Below, piece after piece: positions 18,166 through 28,181 of a DNA stretch of 64,000 bases (its first letter is position 1; every line of letters begins with the position of its first letter). The notes below the pieces were generated by a model, which was not told the DNA's origin, did not search any database, and saw only the letters and a list, made by a program, of their open reading frames with translations. The stretch is taken from assembly GCA_964384825.1 (NCBI GenBank), contig CAYLMM010000003.1, forward strand, positions 48,463-112,462, written 5' to 3'. This DNA is from an uncultured Fibrobacteraceae bacterium. Lineage in GTDB: Bacteria > Krumholzibacteriota > Krumholzibacteriia > LZORAL124-64-63. The position numbers and the translations under genes are program-made.

Positions 18166-19866
18166 TCACATCTTGCGGCTGCGCTCCAGGGTGTCGGTCA
18201 GGGTGGCGATGATCTCCTCGCGCTCGTCCTCCTGCAGCCCCAGGATGTCCTTCAGGGCGTCCCCGATGTGGGGGATGTACTTCTGGATGTAGCTCTGCTT
18301 CTTCAGCGCGTCGCGTTCGCGCACCCGGCGCCGGATGTGGCGGTGCAGCTGCCGGCCGGCCTCCTGCAGGGCCAGCTTGATCTCCTTGACGATCTCCGGA
18401 TAGTGGGCGACCGCCTCCTTGCTCTCGGAGGTGAAGGGCACCCAGACCGAGGCCATGTGCACCAGGATCAGCAGCGGGCCCGAGGGCAGGGCCCCGCGCG
18501 ACTGCTGCAGCCCGTAGCTGCGCCAGTTGTTGCCCAACACCGCGCGGTGGATGGCGCAGGCAGAGGCCTGGTAAAGCAGCGGCACGCGGTTGGCGAAGCG
18601 CAGCACCTCGGCCAGGTCGTCGCCCGAGAGGCCGCCCCCGTAGGCCAGCCCGACCTCGATCTGGAAGGGATTGCCCCGGTAGACGGCGGGCGGCCGGGTG
18701 ACCGCGGTGTAGAAGTCGGCGTCGATCCGCGTCTGCAGCCCGGCCATCACCAGATCCGGTCCGATCGGCGAGAGGCAATCGGTCGGCGGCGAGGCGATGC
18801 GCGTTTCCGAGATGGCGTCGAGCAGGCCCTCGACATCCTGCCGGCTCATGTGGCGGGGGCTCTTGCGCAGCGTCAGGCCGGCCTCTTCGAGGATGGTCTC
18901 GGCGGTCTTGGGGCCGACCCGGCAGAACTCCTGGCGCAGGAAGGCGCTCATGTTGCGGGCCTTGGTCTCCTTGAGCATCCGCAGCATCATGCCCATCTCC
19001 ACTCCGTAGGGATGGGGCTTGATCTCGCTCGCCTCGACCGGCAGGGATTCGGCGGCGCGCGGATAGACGGCCTCGTCGCCCCGCGGCGAGCGGTAGACCA
19101 GCCGCACGTGGGGGTTCGCCACGGCGGTCTGCTGCAGGTAGGTGTCGACCGAGTGGTGGCCGCGCTTGTACGAGCCGGTCAGCTCGATCTCGACCCGCGT
19201 GCCGTGCTCGTGGTCCCAGACGAACTCCTCGTCGGTCTGGACCACGGGCTCGTTGCGCTTCATGTCGAGGGTCAGGGTCAGGCGGCGGGCCATCTCCTGC
19301 CCGCGGGGCCGCGAGACGACCGTCACCGGCTTGCCGGTGGTCAGCTGTCCGTACATGCCGGCGGCCGAGATGCCGATGCCCTGCTGGCCCCGGCTCTGCT
19401 TTAGGCTGTGGAATTTCGATCCGTAGAGCAGCTTGCCGAAGATCCGCGGGATCTGGGCCCGCACGATGCCCGGCCCGTTGTCCTGGATGACCAGCCGGTA
19501 GCGCTCCTCGCGCGCCGGCGGCGCGGTGCGGCGTTTCCCGTTCCCGTTCCCGTTGCCGTTCCCGTTGGCCTTCTCGTCCTCGGCGGTCAGGGCCAGGGTC
19601 TTTTCCGCCTTCCCGTTGCCGTTGGGCACCAGCGCGATCTCCACCAGGATGTCGGGCAGGATCCCGGCCTCCTCGCAGGCGTCGAGCGAGTTGTCGACGG
19701 CCTCCTTGATGGTCGTCAGCAGGGCCTTGGCGGGGGAATCGAACCCCAGAAGGTGGCGGTTCTTGGTGAAGAACTCGCTGATCGAGATCTCGCGCTGCTT
19801 CTTCGCCATGCTCTCGGCGGTGGCGACGCGGCGTTTACGGGTTGTCTTGGCGGTGGTTGCGGGCAT
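18166..19866 (-). CDS. DNA topoisomerase VI subunit B (GHKL/Bergerat ATPase + transducer)
   Basis: The N-box is EAVDNSLDA, the G1 box is DNGPGI and the G2 box is GQQGIGIS, with a transducer-like C-terminal half. It carries a (GN)4 insertion. Confidence 0.85.
   Translation of the reverse strand: MPATTAKTTRKRRVATAESMAKKQREISISEFFTKNRHLLGFDSPAKALLTTIKEAVDNSLDACEEAGILPDILVEIALVPNGNGKAEKTLALTAEDEKANGNGNGNGNGKRRTAPPAREERYRLVIQDNGPGIVRAQIPRIFGKLLYGSKFHSLKQSRGQQGIGISAAGMYGQLTTGKPVTVVSRPRGQEMARRLTLTLDMKRNEPVVQTDEEFVWDHEHGTRVEIELTGSYKRGHHSVDTYLQQTAVANPHVRLVYRSPRGDEAVYPRAAESLPVEASEIKPHPYGVEMGMMLRMLKETKARNMSAFLRQEFCRVGPKTAETILEEAGLTLRKSPRHMSRQDVEGLLDAISETRIASPPTDCLSPIGPDLVMAGLQTRIDADFYTAVTRPPAVYRGNPFQIEVGLAYGGGLSGDDLAEVLRFANRVPLLYQASACAIHRAVLGNNWRSYGLQQSRGALPSGPLLILVHMASVWVPFTSESKEAVAHYPEIVKEIKLALQEAGRQLHRHIRRRVRERDALKKQSYIQKYIPHIGDALKDILGLQEDEREEIIATLTDTLERSRKM
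19533..19570. repeat. hexanucleotide tandem repeat (gttccc/gttgcc)n inside the TopoVI-B coding sequence
   Basis: gtttcccgttcccgttcccgttgccgttcccgttggcc encodes NGNGNGNGNG on the minus strand. Confidence 0.6.
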
Positions 19867-19968
19867 CTTGAGACTCCATTCCTTCCGGCCCGGCAGGATG
19901 CTCGGCTGGGAGGCAAACAGTACGGGAGGAAAGCGGGATTTGCAAGAAGGCCCTGGACGGTCCGGGGG

Positions 19969-20823
19969 TCAGCGCCGGGCGACGATCAGCAGGCCCAGCC
20001 CGAACAATCGCGATGCCCGGCGGCGGGCCCGGCCCCGGGGCAGGGCGGCGGCCATCGTTTCGGGGACCAGGTAGGCCGCCATCGGCAGGAAGGTGGGTTT
20101 TTCCAGCCAGGGCAACCGCTCGTACATCCGGTGCCGGAACAGGGGAGAACGGACCTTCCGGAAGCCGGCGGCCTTCAACAGGGGGCGCAGGGAGCGGAAA
20201 TCGTATTCCTTCAGATGGAAGCAGGTGCTCTCGCGGTCGAAATGGCGCGAGATGTCGTGGGGGCCGGTCAGGCGCGAAGGGGTTTCGAAGATGAACCTGC
20301 CGCCCGGACGCAGCACCCGGCGGACAGCGGCCAGATGCGGCGGCACGTCGTCGGGGTGGAAATGCTCCATCAACTGGCTGCTGATCACGACGTCGAAACT
20401 GCAGTCGTCGAAACCGGCGAGATCGACCGCGTCGGCGACGCGGGTCTCCGTGTTGGGCGGCATTTCCCCGGCGCCCAGGGTCTCCTCGGATATGTCGATG
20501 CCGACGTAGCTGCGATGTCGCGGCGCCAGATGCCTCAGCAGCCGGCCCGTGCCGCAGCCGATCTCCAGCACGTCGCGATTTCGGCCCGAGAGGCGGAAGA
20601 AGGGGGCGAAGACGGCCTCGACCCGTTCGGCGGTCCGTTCCCCGGGCGGTTCGTTGTTTGCGGGATGCCAGGGGATCTTCCTGAATAGTTCGTCGTAGGC
20701 CTCGAGGGTGACGCGGCTGCGTTCGCTCGCCGGGGCGTTGCGGATCCGGTCGGAGAGCTTGCGCTCCAACTCGTAGTGGATGCGGATCTGGTCGGGAGTG
20801 GGGCCGGTAATCGGATTCGGCAT
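19969..20823 (-). CDS. class I SAM-dependent methyltransferase
   Basis: The SAM motif I is VLEIGCGTGRL. DISEE is the post-I acidic motif, and VLRPGGRFIF follows. The start is ATG at 20823 or GTG at 20835. Confidence 0.75.
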   Translation of the reverse strand: MPNPITGPTPDQIRIHYELERKLSDRIRNAPASERSRVTLEAYDELFRKIPWHPANNEPPGERTAERVEAVFAPFFRLSGRNRDVLEIGCGTGRLLRHLAPRHRSYVGIDISEETLGAGEMPPNTETRVADAVDLAGFDDCSFDVVISSQLMEHFHPDDVPPHLAAVRRVLRPGGRFIFETPSRLTGPHDISRHFDRESTCFHLKEYDFRSLRPLLKAAGFRKVRSPLFRHRMYERLPWLEKPTFLPMAAYLVPETMAAALPRGRARRRASRLFGLGLLIVARR

Positions 20824-21099
20824 CGCCAATCTCACAGTGTGAAGCTTCCGGGGCGAGCCGCTTGATTATATCAATTCACGTTGTCGAAATCCAGATCATA
20901 GCCAAATAGGGGGCTTTCGGGACGTCCGCAATAGGATCTTCGTTGACCGCGGGCGCGAAAGGCTCAATCCTGTTCGTCCGCGACCGAAAGAAGACACGGG
21001 GGGATGGAGGATCCGCGCCGCGAGCCGGCGGTGCTTCGTCGCGCCGCGTTCCCGACCGGCCGGCGCTGCGCCGTATCGAAACCCCGCTGGGGAGGAAAC

Positions 21100-22236
21100 A
21101 TGCCGTCCAAGGTCCTGATGGCCGAATCCTCGGACATCTATCACGACTACCGGGTCCAGAAGGAAGCGGCCTCCCTGGCGGCCGCGGGCTACGACGTCAC
21201 CGTCTGCGGCTTCCGCAGCACCGGGCGCCGGCCCGCCGGCAGGGAATTCCCCTTCCGAGTGCTCACGCTGCCGGTGGTTCCGCGCCGTTTCCGCCTGCTG
21301 CGCAACCTGTCGATCATGGCCGTGGTGGCGGTCTACAACCTGTTCGCGATCTGCCGGAGCTACGATTTCTATCACGCCCACAACACGATGTTCCTGGTCG
21401 GATTCCACATCGCGGCCCGGCTGCGCGGGAAGCGCTTCATCTACGACGCCCACGAGGTGCAGTGGGAGCACGGGAACGTCCAGACCCGTCTCGAACGGAT
21501 GTACATCCACAAGGCTGACGGCCTGATCAATGTTTCCCCGGGTCGGATCCGGGTCTGCTCCGAGCGCTTCGGCATCCCGCGGGAGCGGTTCACGCTGATC
21601 TCGAACTATCCCCTGGTCGACGAGCACGGCGCCGCCGATTCCGGGGCCGGAGAATCCGGTCCGGACGTGAGGATGGTCTTCAGCGGGGGCTTCGATCTGC
21701 GTTCCAACCGGCTCGACGTCCTGCTGCGGGCGATGGCCCGGGTGCCCGGCACGACTCTCGACCTGATGGCCTTCGGATACCGCGACGGCGAGCAGGTGAT
21801 GATGCGGCTGATCGACGAATTCGGGCTCGGCGGCCGGGTCCGGTTCATCCCGCTGGTCGCCCCGGACGAGGTGATGAAGGTCGTCTCCGGCTACGACGTG
21901 GCTGTGAACCTGCTGACCAACCCGCAGAACCACGTCTCGATCCGCTACTGCAGCACCAACAAGATGTACGAGTACATCGCGGCCGGGCTGCCGGTCCTCT
22001 GCAGCGATCTCGAGGCCTTCGTCGAGGAGTTCGTCGAGCCGGGCGCGGCCTTCGCGGTCGACGCCGACGACGTCGACGCGGTGGCCGCGGGCCTGCGCGA
22101 TCTGACGGCCGCCCGCGATCGCTTGCCGGCGATGCGCGAAACGGCCCTGGCCCTCTCGCGCGAGCGGTACAACTGGTCGACCCAGGCGGAGCGGTTGGTC
22201 GCGCTCTACGCGGATCTGGGGCGGACCCGACGCTGA
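21100..22236 (+). CDS. GT4-family glycosyltransferase
   Basis: Start at MPSKVLMAE (GGAGG RBS). The C-terminal region ...NKMYEYIAAGLPVLCSDL is a GT-B EX7E-like region. Confidence 0.8.
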   Translation: MPSKVLMAESSDIYHDYRVQKEAASLAAAGYDVTVCGFRSTGRRPAGREFPFRVLTLPVVPRRFRLLRNLSIMAVVAVYNLFAICRSYDFYHAHNTMFLVGFHIAARLRGKRFIYDAHEVQWEHGNVQTRLERMYIHKADGLINVSPGRIRVCSERFGIPRERFTLISNYPLVDEHGAADSGAGESGPDVRMVFSGGFDLRSNRLDVLLRAMARVPGTTLDLMAFGYRDGEQVMMRLIDEFGLGGRVRFIPLVAPDEVMKVVSGYDVAVNLLTNPQNHVSIRYCSTNKMYEYIAAGLPVLCSDLEAFVEEFVEPGAAFAVDADDVDAVAAGLRDLTAARDRLPAMRETALALSRERYNWSTQAERLVALYADLGRTRR

Positions 22237-22264
22237 CCCGGCCCGGAAGCGCGCCGGTGCGGTC

Positions 22265-23413
22265 CTAGAGGTAGCGCCGGTAGATCTCGTCCTGCCGCGC
22301 GACGTGGGCGGCCAGGGAATAGCCGTCCACCAGGATCCGCCGGCCGATCCGGCCCAGTTCGCGGATCCGCCGGGGATCGGCCAGCAGTCCGGCGACACGG
22401 CCGGACCAGGATTCCACCAGGGCCTCCGGCGCCGCCTCGGCGGGATGGGCTTCATAGAGGCAGGCCGTCTTCAGCTTCTCGTCCAGCAGGCAGGATATCT
22501 GCGGGATGTCCGGGGCCGTGAACGCCGCCCCGGCCGCCATCGCCTCCATCACGTTCAGCGGCATGCCCTCGTTGCGCGACGTCGAGACGAACAGGTCGCA
22601 GGCGCCCAGCAGCCGGGGGATGTCGTCGCGCACCCCGAGCAGTTCCACGCCGCCGGGCCCTTCGGCGATCATCGCGGCCAGATCGTCGGCCATCGGGCCG
22701 CGGCCGCAGACGAAGCCCCGTACCGCGTGATCGTTCTCGCGCAGGCGCCAGACGAGCTTCAGGAAGGTGTCGGGCGCCTTCTGCGGGTCGAGCCGGCCCA
22801 CGAAGAGCAGCATCCTTTCCGACGGGGCCAGATCCAGGCCGGAGCGGATCTCGCGGCGGGCCGCGTCGTCCAGCGGCGCGAAACGCTCTGTGTCGATGCC
22901 GTTGACCACGGTCTCGACCTTCGGCGCCGGCAGCCCCTCGTTCTCGATGCAGGAGCGGCGGACCGCGTCGGAGACCGCCTGCACCAGATGGACGCGCCCG
23001 GCCAGGCGTCGGTAGCGGCGCAGCTGGCGCTCGTTCATATCGGTGAAGACCAGATGCCGGGTCCAGAACAGATGCGGCACGCCGGCCCAGCCCGCGGTCC
23101 GCATCGACCAGGCGTCGGCGAAGCGGCTGTGGGCGTGGACGATGTCGAAGCGCCCGCAGCGGAAGAAGTTCACCATCTTCAACAGCGACAAGGGATTGCG
23201 CCAGGATTTCAGCCCCAGGGCGACGGTCTCGACGCCGGCTTCCCGGAAGCGTTTCCGCATGGGGGAATCGCCGGTCCGGGGCTCGAGGGGGGCCAGCACG
23301 ACGACATCGTAGCGGTCGGGGTCGAGGGCGCGGGCGACGTCCATGGCCACGGTCTCGCCGCCGCCGACGACGAAGCGGTTGATCACCAGGCAGACGCGGA
23401 TCCTGCGGGACAT
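22265..23413 (-). CDS. GT4-family glycosyltransferase
   Basis: Start at MSRRIRVCLVINRFVVGGGETV (M35). The C-terminus has SRNEGMPLNVMEAMAAG, a GT4 EX7E motif. Confidence 0.8.
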   Translation of the reverse strand: MSRRIRVCLVINRFVVGGGETVAMDVARALDPDRYDVVVLAPLEPRTGDSPMRKRFREAGVETVALGLKSWRNPLSLLKMVNFFRCGRFDIVHAHSRFADAWSMRTAGWAGVPHLFWTRHLVFTDMNERQLRRYRRLAGRVHLVQAVSDAVRRSCIENEGLPAPKVETVVNGIDTERFAPLDDAARREIRSGLDLAPSERMLLFVGRLDPQKAPDTFLKLVWRLRENDHAVRGFVCGRGPMADDLAAMIAEGPGGVELLGVRDDIPRLLGACDLFVSTSRNEGMPLNVMEAMAAGAAFTAPDIPQISCLLDEKLKTACLYEAHPAEAAPEALVESWSGRVAGLLADPRRIRELGRIGRRILVDGYSLAAHVARQDEIYRRYL

Positions 23414-23549
23414 CTGGACTCCTGCCCGAAGGGGCGGGGTTGAAGTTTGGCTGCATATGGCGCAGACTTGTACGTCGGCGAGACGGTTGCGACCGGCTCG
23501 CCGTTGCGCGACCACTCGCCCGCGCGGAGCGGATCACCGGGAGCAGGAA

Positions 23550-24770
23550 TTGAAGATTCTCTACCTGACGACCAGCTTCGAAAGCCTGACTCTGACATTT
23601 GTCGCCAGGGAAATCAACGCGTTAAGGGCGCTCGGGGCCGACATCGCGCTGCTCGGCCTGCGGTCGAACGCGAATTTCGCGGCCGCGGAACCGGAATGCG
23701 ACGTCGCGGGCTGCCTCCATCTCTATCCGCTGGGCGCGGGCGCGTTGCTGGCCGGCGTGCTGAAGGCCGCCTGCGGACGGCCGCGGCGTTTCGCGCGGGC
23801 CGTGCGGGCCGCCCTCGCCTCGCCGGGCGACGGTCCGCGGGTCAAGCTGAAGCTCCTGTACCAGCTGGCCGCCGCGACCACCAAGATCGAAGCGGTCGAG
23901 GCCGCCGGGATCACCCACATCCACGCCCATCTGGCCAGCCCGCCGGGCAACGTGGCGATGTTCCTGGGGCTGCTGACCGGGATCCCCTACAGCTTCACCG
24001 GCCACGCCGCCGATCTCTACCGCGAGCCCGAGTCGCTCGACACCAAATTGCGGCTGGCCGCGGGCGCGGTAGCCATTTCCGAGTATAATCTGAAGCACTA
24101 CCGCAGGATGCATCCGGGCCTCGAACGGGTCGAGATCATCCATTGCGGGGTCGATCCCGAGGCCTTCCCCTTCCGCGCCCGCACCTCGGCAGGCAGTCCG
24201 CTGCGGGTGCTGGCGGTGGGCCGCGCCGCCGAGAAGAAGGGCTTCGTCCATCTGCTCGACGCCCTGGCCGAACTCGATCGGCGGGGCGTGCCCTGGGTCG
24301 GGCACATCGTCGGCGACGGGCCGCTGCTGCCGGATCTCCGGCGCCGGGCCGCCGAGCTGAAACTCCAGCGCCTCGAGCTGGCCGGCGCCCAGCAGCAGCC
24401 GCGGATCCGCGAACTGCTCGACCGTGCCGACGCCTTCGTGCTGCCCTGCGTCGAGGCCGCCGACGGGGATATCGACGGCATCCCGGTCGCCCTGATGGAG
24501 GCCATGGCCAGCGGCTGCCCCGTGGTCTCGACCCGGATCTCGGGCATCCCCGAGTTGGTGGTCGACCGCGAGACCGGGCTGCTGGCCGATCCCGGCGATC
24601 CGCGGGGCCTGGCCGACGCGCTCGAGCTCCTGACCGCCGACGCCGGCCTCTACGCCCGTCTCTCGATCGCCGGCCGCGAGCACGTGGCCGCATCGTTCAA
24701 TCAGCGAACCGAGGCGCAGCGTCTCCTCGAATTCTTCCACGCCATGGACCAGGACCAGGAAAAGGAGTGA
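23550..24770 (+). CDS. GT4-family glycosyltransferase
   Basis: LKILYLTTSFES... and EAADGDIDGIPVALMEAMASGCPVVST (EX7E). I chose the TTG at 23550 with a GGGAGCAGGA RBS. An ATG at 23457 would add an Arg-rich, non-native-looking extension. Confidence 0.7.
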   Translation: MKILYLTTSFESLTLTFVAREINALRALGADIALLGLRSNANFAAAEPECDVAGCLHLYPLGAGALLAGVLKAACGRPRRFARAVRAALASPGDGPRVKLKLLYQLAAATTKIEAVEAAGITHIHAHLASPPGNVAMFLGLLTGIPYSFTGHAADLYREPESLDTKLRLAAGAVAISEYNLKHYRRMHPGLERVEIIHCGVDPEAFPFRARTSAGSPLRVLAVGRAAEKKGFVHLLDALAELDRRGVPWVGHIVGDGPLLPDLRRRAAELKLQRLELAGAQQQPRIRELLDRADAFVLPCVEAADGDIDGIPVALMEAMASGCPVVSTRISGIPELVVDRETGLLADPGDPRGLADALELLTADAGLYARLSIAGREHVAASFNQRTEAQRLLEFFHAMDQDQEKE

Positions 24771-24775
24771 TCCAC

Positions 24776-25885
24776 TTGCCCACCAGAATCTTCCTGATCG
24801 CCGCCGCCCGTCCGAACTTCATGAAGGTCGCGCCGATCTGGCGGGCCCTCGACGCCCGTTCCGATGTCCTGGACGTCGAGCTGATCCACACCGGACAGCA
24901 CTACGACAAGAACATGTCCGACGTCTTCTTCGCCGATCTGGGCCTTCCGCGGCCCCACGTGAATCTGGGCGTCGGCGGCGGCACCCACGCCGAGCAGACC
25001 GCAGGCGTGATGCTGAAGTTCGAGCAGCTCTGCCGCGAGCGGCGACCCGACCTGGTGCTGGTGGTCGGCGACGTGAACGCGACGATGGCCACAACCATCA
25101 CCGCCCGCAAGCTGGGCGTGTCGGTGGCCCATGTCGAGGCCGGCCTGCGCAGCCGCGACTGGTCCATGCCCGAGGAGATCAACCGCATCCTCACCGACTC
25201 GATCGCCGACATCCTGTACACCCCGTCCGAGGACGCCGACGCGAACCTGGCGGCCGAGGGCGTGCCGGCGGCGAAGATCGTGCGGGTGGGCAACGTGATG
25301 ATCGACAGCCTGGTGCACGCCGCGGCCCGGGTGCGCGGCAACGCCAAGTACGCCGACTTCGGCATGAAGGAGAAGGAGTACGGCCTGGTCACCCTGCACC
25401 GGCCTTCGAACGTCGATGATCCGGGCAACCTCGAACGCCTCTTCGCCGGCCTCGAGCGGCAGGGCGTGCCGATGATCTTCCCCGTCCACCCGCGCACGCG
25501 CAAGGTGATGGCCGCCGCCGGCCTGGACGGTCGCTATCCGGGCCCCGACAGCCGCCTGGTGCTGACCGACCCGATGGGCTACGACGATTTCCTGAACCTC
25601 ACCATGCACGCCCGCTTCGTGCTGACCGATTCGGGCGGCATCCAGGAAGAGACGACCTACCTCGACGTCCCGTGCCTGACCATGCGTCCGAACACCGAAC
25701 GGCCGATCACCATCACCATCGGCACCAACGAGCTGGTGACCCTCGAGAGTCTCGACGAGATGGTGGCGAAGGTGCTGTCGGGAAGCTGGAAGCAGGGACG
25801 GGTGCCCGAGATGTGGGACGGCGGCACCGGCGAGCGGATCGCCGAGCACATCGTGGCCTGGGCCGCGGGCAGGGGCGGCGACTGA
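24776..25885 (+). CDS. wecB: UDP-N-acetylglucosamine 2-epimerase (non-hydrolysing)
   Basis: RIFLIAAARPNFMKVAPI, HTGQHYD and TDSGGIQEE are conserved epimerase blocks. The start is TTG with an AAGGAG RBS 7 nt upstream. Confidence 0.85.
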   Translation: MPTRIFLIAAARPNFMKVAPIWRALDARSDVLDVELIHTGQHYDKNMSDVFFADLGLPRPHVNLGVGGGTHAEQTAGVMLKFEQLCRERRPDLVLVVGDVNATMATTITARKLGVSVAHVEAGLRSRDWSMPEEINRILTDSIADILYTPSEDADANLAAEGVPAAKIVRVGNVMIDSLVHAAARVRGNAKYADFGMKEKEYGLVTLHRPSNVDDPGNLERLFAGLERQGVPMIFPVHPRTRKVMAAAGLDGRYPGPDSRLVLTDPMGYDDFLNLTMHARFVLTDSGGIQEETTYLDVPCLTMRPNTERPITITIGTNELVTLESLDEMVAKVLSGSWKQGRVPEMWDGGTGERIAEHIVAWAAGRGGD

Positions 25886-25910
25886 ACCGCCCCCGCGCAT
25901 CGATCCGGAA

Positions 25911-28091
25911 TCAGTCTGCGAACAGGCCCGCGGCGTCGATCGTCGCGGGCTTTCCCGTGCGCAGGCTCTCGACGCCCTTGATGGTGGCCAGGGTCACGGC
26001 GAACTGCGAGACGAGCGGGATCGCCGGCTCTCCGGTGCGCACCGCCTCGAGGAAGGCGGCCACCTCCTCGGCCTGGCCCTTGCCCGGGCAGCGCTTGCCG
26101 CGCTTCTTTCCGCCGCCGTAGAGCTCCACCGACGAGAAGTTGTCGATCACCGCGGTGCGGTCCGCGCCGGAGATCTCCAGCCGCTCCTTGGGCAGGTTGC
26201 CGGCGCCGTGGGCGAAGTAGCCCACCGTGCCGATCGATCCGTCGGCGAAGCGCAGGTTCAGCAGCAGGTCGTCCTCGGGGATGCGATCGGTTTCGGCGCC
26301 GACGCAGATCGCCCGCACCTCGATCGGATCGGCGCCGCAGAGGAACTGCATCAGGTCGATGAAGTGGCAGACCTCGCCGATCAGCCGGCCGCCCCCCTGC
26401 TCGGGATCCTGGATCCAGTGCTTGCGGGGGATCGACCCGGCGTTGACCCGGTACATCATCGTCAGCGGCCCGGGTTCGGCGCCGAAATGCCGCCGGGCCT
26501 CGCGCGCGGCGGGCGAGAAGCGGCGGTTGAATCCGACCTGCAGGACGGGCGCGCCGCCGCCGGCAGCGGCCTCGCGCATCGCCGCGGCGATCGCACGGAG
26601 CTGTTCCTCGTCCAGGCACAGCGGCTTCTCGACGAAGACGTGCCGGCCGGCCTTCAGGGCGGCCAGGGTCTCGGGCCCGTGGCTGTCGTGGCGCGAGGCG
26701 ATCACCACCGCGGCGGTGTCGGGATCCTCGTGCACCGCGGCGGTCGAATCGACCGCGCGGGCGAAGCCGTAACGCCGTCCCGCATCGGCCGCGGTCAAGC
26801 CCGACTTGGTGTGGATTGCGGTCAGCCGGGCGTCCGCGGCGTTCTTGAAATGCGGCAGCAGGAAGGCCTGGGCGTAGGATCCCGCGCCGATGCAGCCGAC
26901 CCCGATCGCTCCGGAAGGCGCGGCCGCGGTCGTCAGTTCGACGGGCGCCGGCGCGGCCTCGGGACGGTCCGGATATTCCAGCAGCACGCCGGTGAAGGGT
27001 TCGGCCTTGTCGGCGATCAGCTTGTAGGCCGCCGGCGCCTCGGCGAAGGGGAAGCGGTGGGTGACCATGCCCAGCGGGTCGATGCGTCCGGCCGCGCAGA
27101 GGTCGAGGAAGGCCTCCATGTTGCGGCCCTCGGTCCAGCGCACGAAGCCGTAGGGATAGTCCAGCCCGCCCTCCTCGTAGGAGGGATCGTAGCGGCCCGG
27201 GCCGTAGGAGCACGAGACCGAGAAGCGGATCTCCTTCTCGTAGTAGTCGGGACGGGGCAGGTCCATGCCCACCGCGCCGACCACGATCACCCGGCCGCGC
27301 TGGCGGACGATGCGGCCCGCGGTGGTGACCGGTTCGCTGCTCGGGGTCGCCGCGCAGATCAGCACCAGATCGGCCCCGCGGCCGCCGGTGAAGCGTTCGA
27401 TGCCGGGTTCGACCGCGTCGTCGCCCGTGAGGAAGGCCTCGTCGACCGCGCCGCGGCGCCGGGCCTGCTCGACCGCCTCGGGGGAGACGTCGATCCCGGC
27501 CACCCGGCAGCCGTTGGCCCGCAGCATCTGACCCGCGAGTTGGCCGATGATGCCCAGCCCGACGACCACGGCCGTCTCGCCGAGCGTGGGCTCGGCCAGG
27601 CGCAGCCCCTGCATGGCGATCGCGCCGATGGTGGCGAAGGCCGCCGCGTCGGGCGCCACGCCTTCGGGAACCGGGACGACCAGGTTCGCCGGCACGACCA
27701 CTTCGTCGGCGTGGTTGGCGTAGCCGCCGCCGCCGCAGGCCACCAGATCCCCGGGCTGCAGCCCCGAGACGCCTTCACCGGTCTCGATGACCTCGCCGGC
27801 CAGGCTGTAGCCCAGCGGCTGGGCGCCCTCGAGCTTCGAGCGCACCTTCCGGATCGTGCCCTTGATGCCGACCGAGCGGGCCATGTCCAGCACCATCTTC
27901 ACCTGGTCGGGCCGGGCCTTGGCCTTGCCCAGCAGCGATTTGCGCCCGGTGACGATCTTGTTGCCCTCGGTGCCCGGGCTGACCGCGGAAAAGAGGGTGC
28001 GGACCCGGACGCAGCCGGGGGCCAGGGCGGGGGCGGGGGTCTCCATCATGGTGACCGCGCCGTCGTTGAGTGTCAGGGCCAGGATCTTCAA
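25911..28091 (-). CDS. bi-domain oxidoreductase: MDR/Zn-alcohol-dehydrogenase-like N-terminal half fused to a Gfo/Idh/MocA NAD(P)-dependent oxidoreductase C-terminal half
   Basis: The N-terminal half has GDLVACGG and GLGIIGQLAGQ (MDR Rossmann). The C-terminal half has IGVGCIGAGSYAQ, EKPLCL and GFNRRF (Gfo/Idh/MocA). Confidence 0.8.
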   Translation of the reverse strand: MKILALTLNDGAVTMMETPAPALAPGCVRVRTLFSAVSPGTEGNKIVTGRKSLLGKAKARPDQVKMVLDMARSVGIKGTIRKVRSKLEGAQPLGYSLAGEVIETGEGVSGLQPGDLVACGGGGYANHADEVVVPANLVVPVPEGVAPDAAAFATIGAIAMQGLRLAEPTLGETAVVVGLGIIGQLAGQMLRANGCRVAGIDVSPEAVEQARRRGAVDEAFLTGDDAVEPGIERFTGGRGADLVLICAATPSSEPVTTAGRIVRQRGRVIVVGAVGMDLPRPDYYEKEIRFSVSCSYGPGRYDPSYEEGGLDYPYGFVRWTEGRNMEAFLDLCAAGRIDPLGMVTHRFPFAEAPAAYKLIADKAEPFTGVLLEYPDRPEAAPAPVELTTAAAPSGAIGVGCIGAGSYAQAFLLPHFKNAADARLTAIHTKSGLTAADAGRRYGFARAVDSTAAVHEDPDTAAVVIASRHDSHGPETLAALKAGRHVFVEKPLCLDEEQLRAIAAAMREAAAGGGAPVLQVGFNRRFSPAAREARRHFGAEPGPLTMMYRVNAGSIPRKHWIQDPEQGGGRLIGEVCHFIDLMQFLCGADPIEVRAICVGAETDRIPEDDLLLNLRFADGSIGTVGYFAHGAGNLPKERLEISGADRTAVIDNFSSVELYGGGKKRGKRCPGKGQAEEVAAFLEAVRTGEPAIPLVSQFAVTLATIKGVESLRTGKPATIDAAGLFAD

Positions 28092-28181
28092 TTCGGCCTC
28101 CCCAGGGCGGATGAACCTCGTCCGGCGGCGGGTTGCGATTCCCGCCGCCCGGGTTTTGCGATCTTGAGTCTCGCGGCCGGG

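Noticed and set aside
23457-23549. Upstream ATG start for the third GT4 (would add MAQTCTSARRLRPARRCATTRPRGADHREQE)
   Set aside because: The extension is Arg-rich and non-native-looking. A TTG with a GGGAGCAGGA RBS gives the canonical GT4 N-terminus (L/M)KILYLTTSF.
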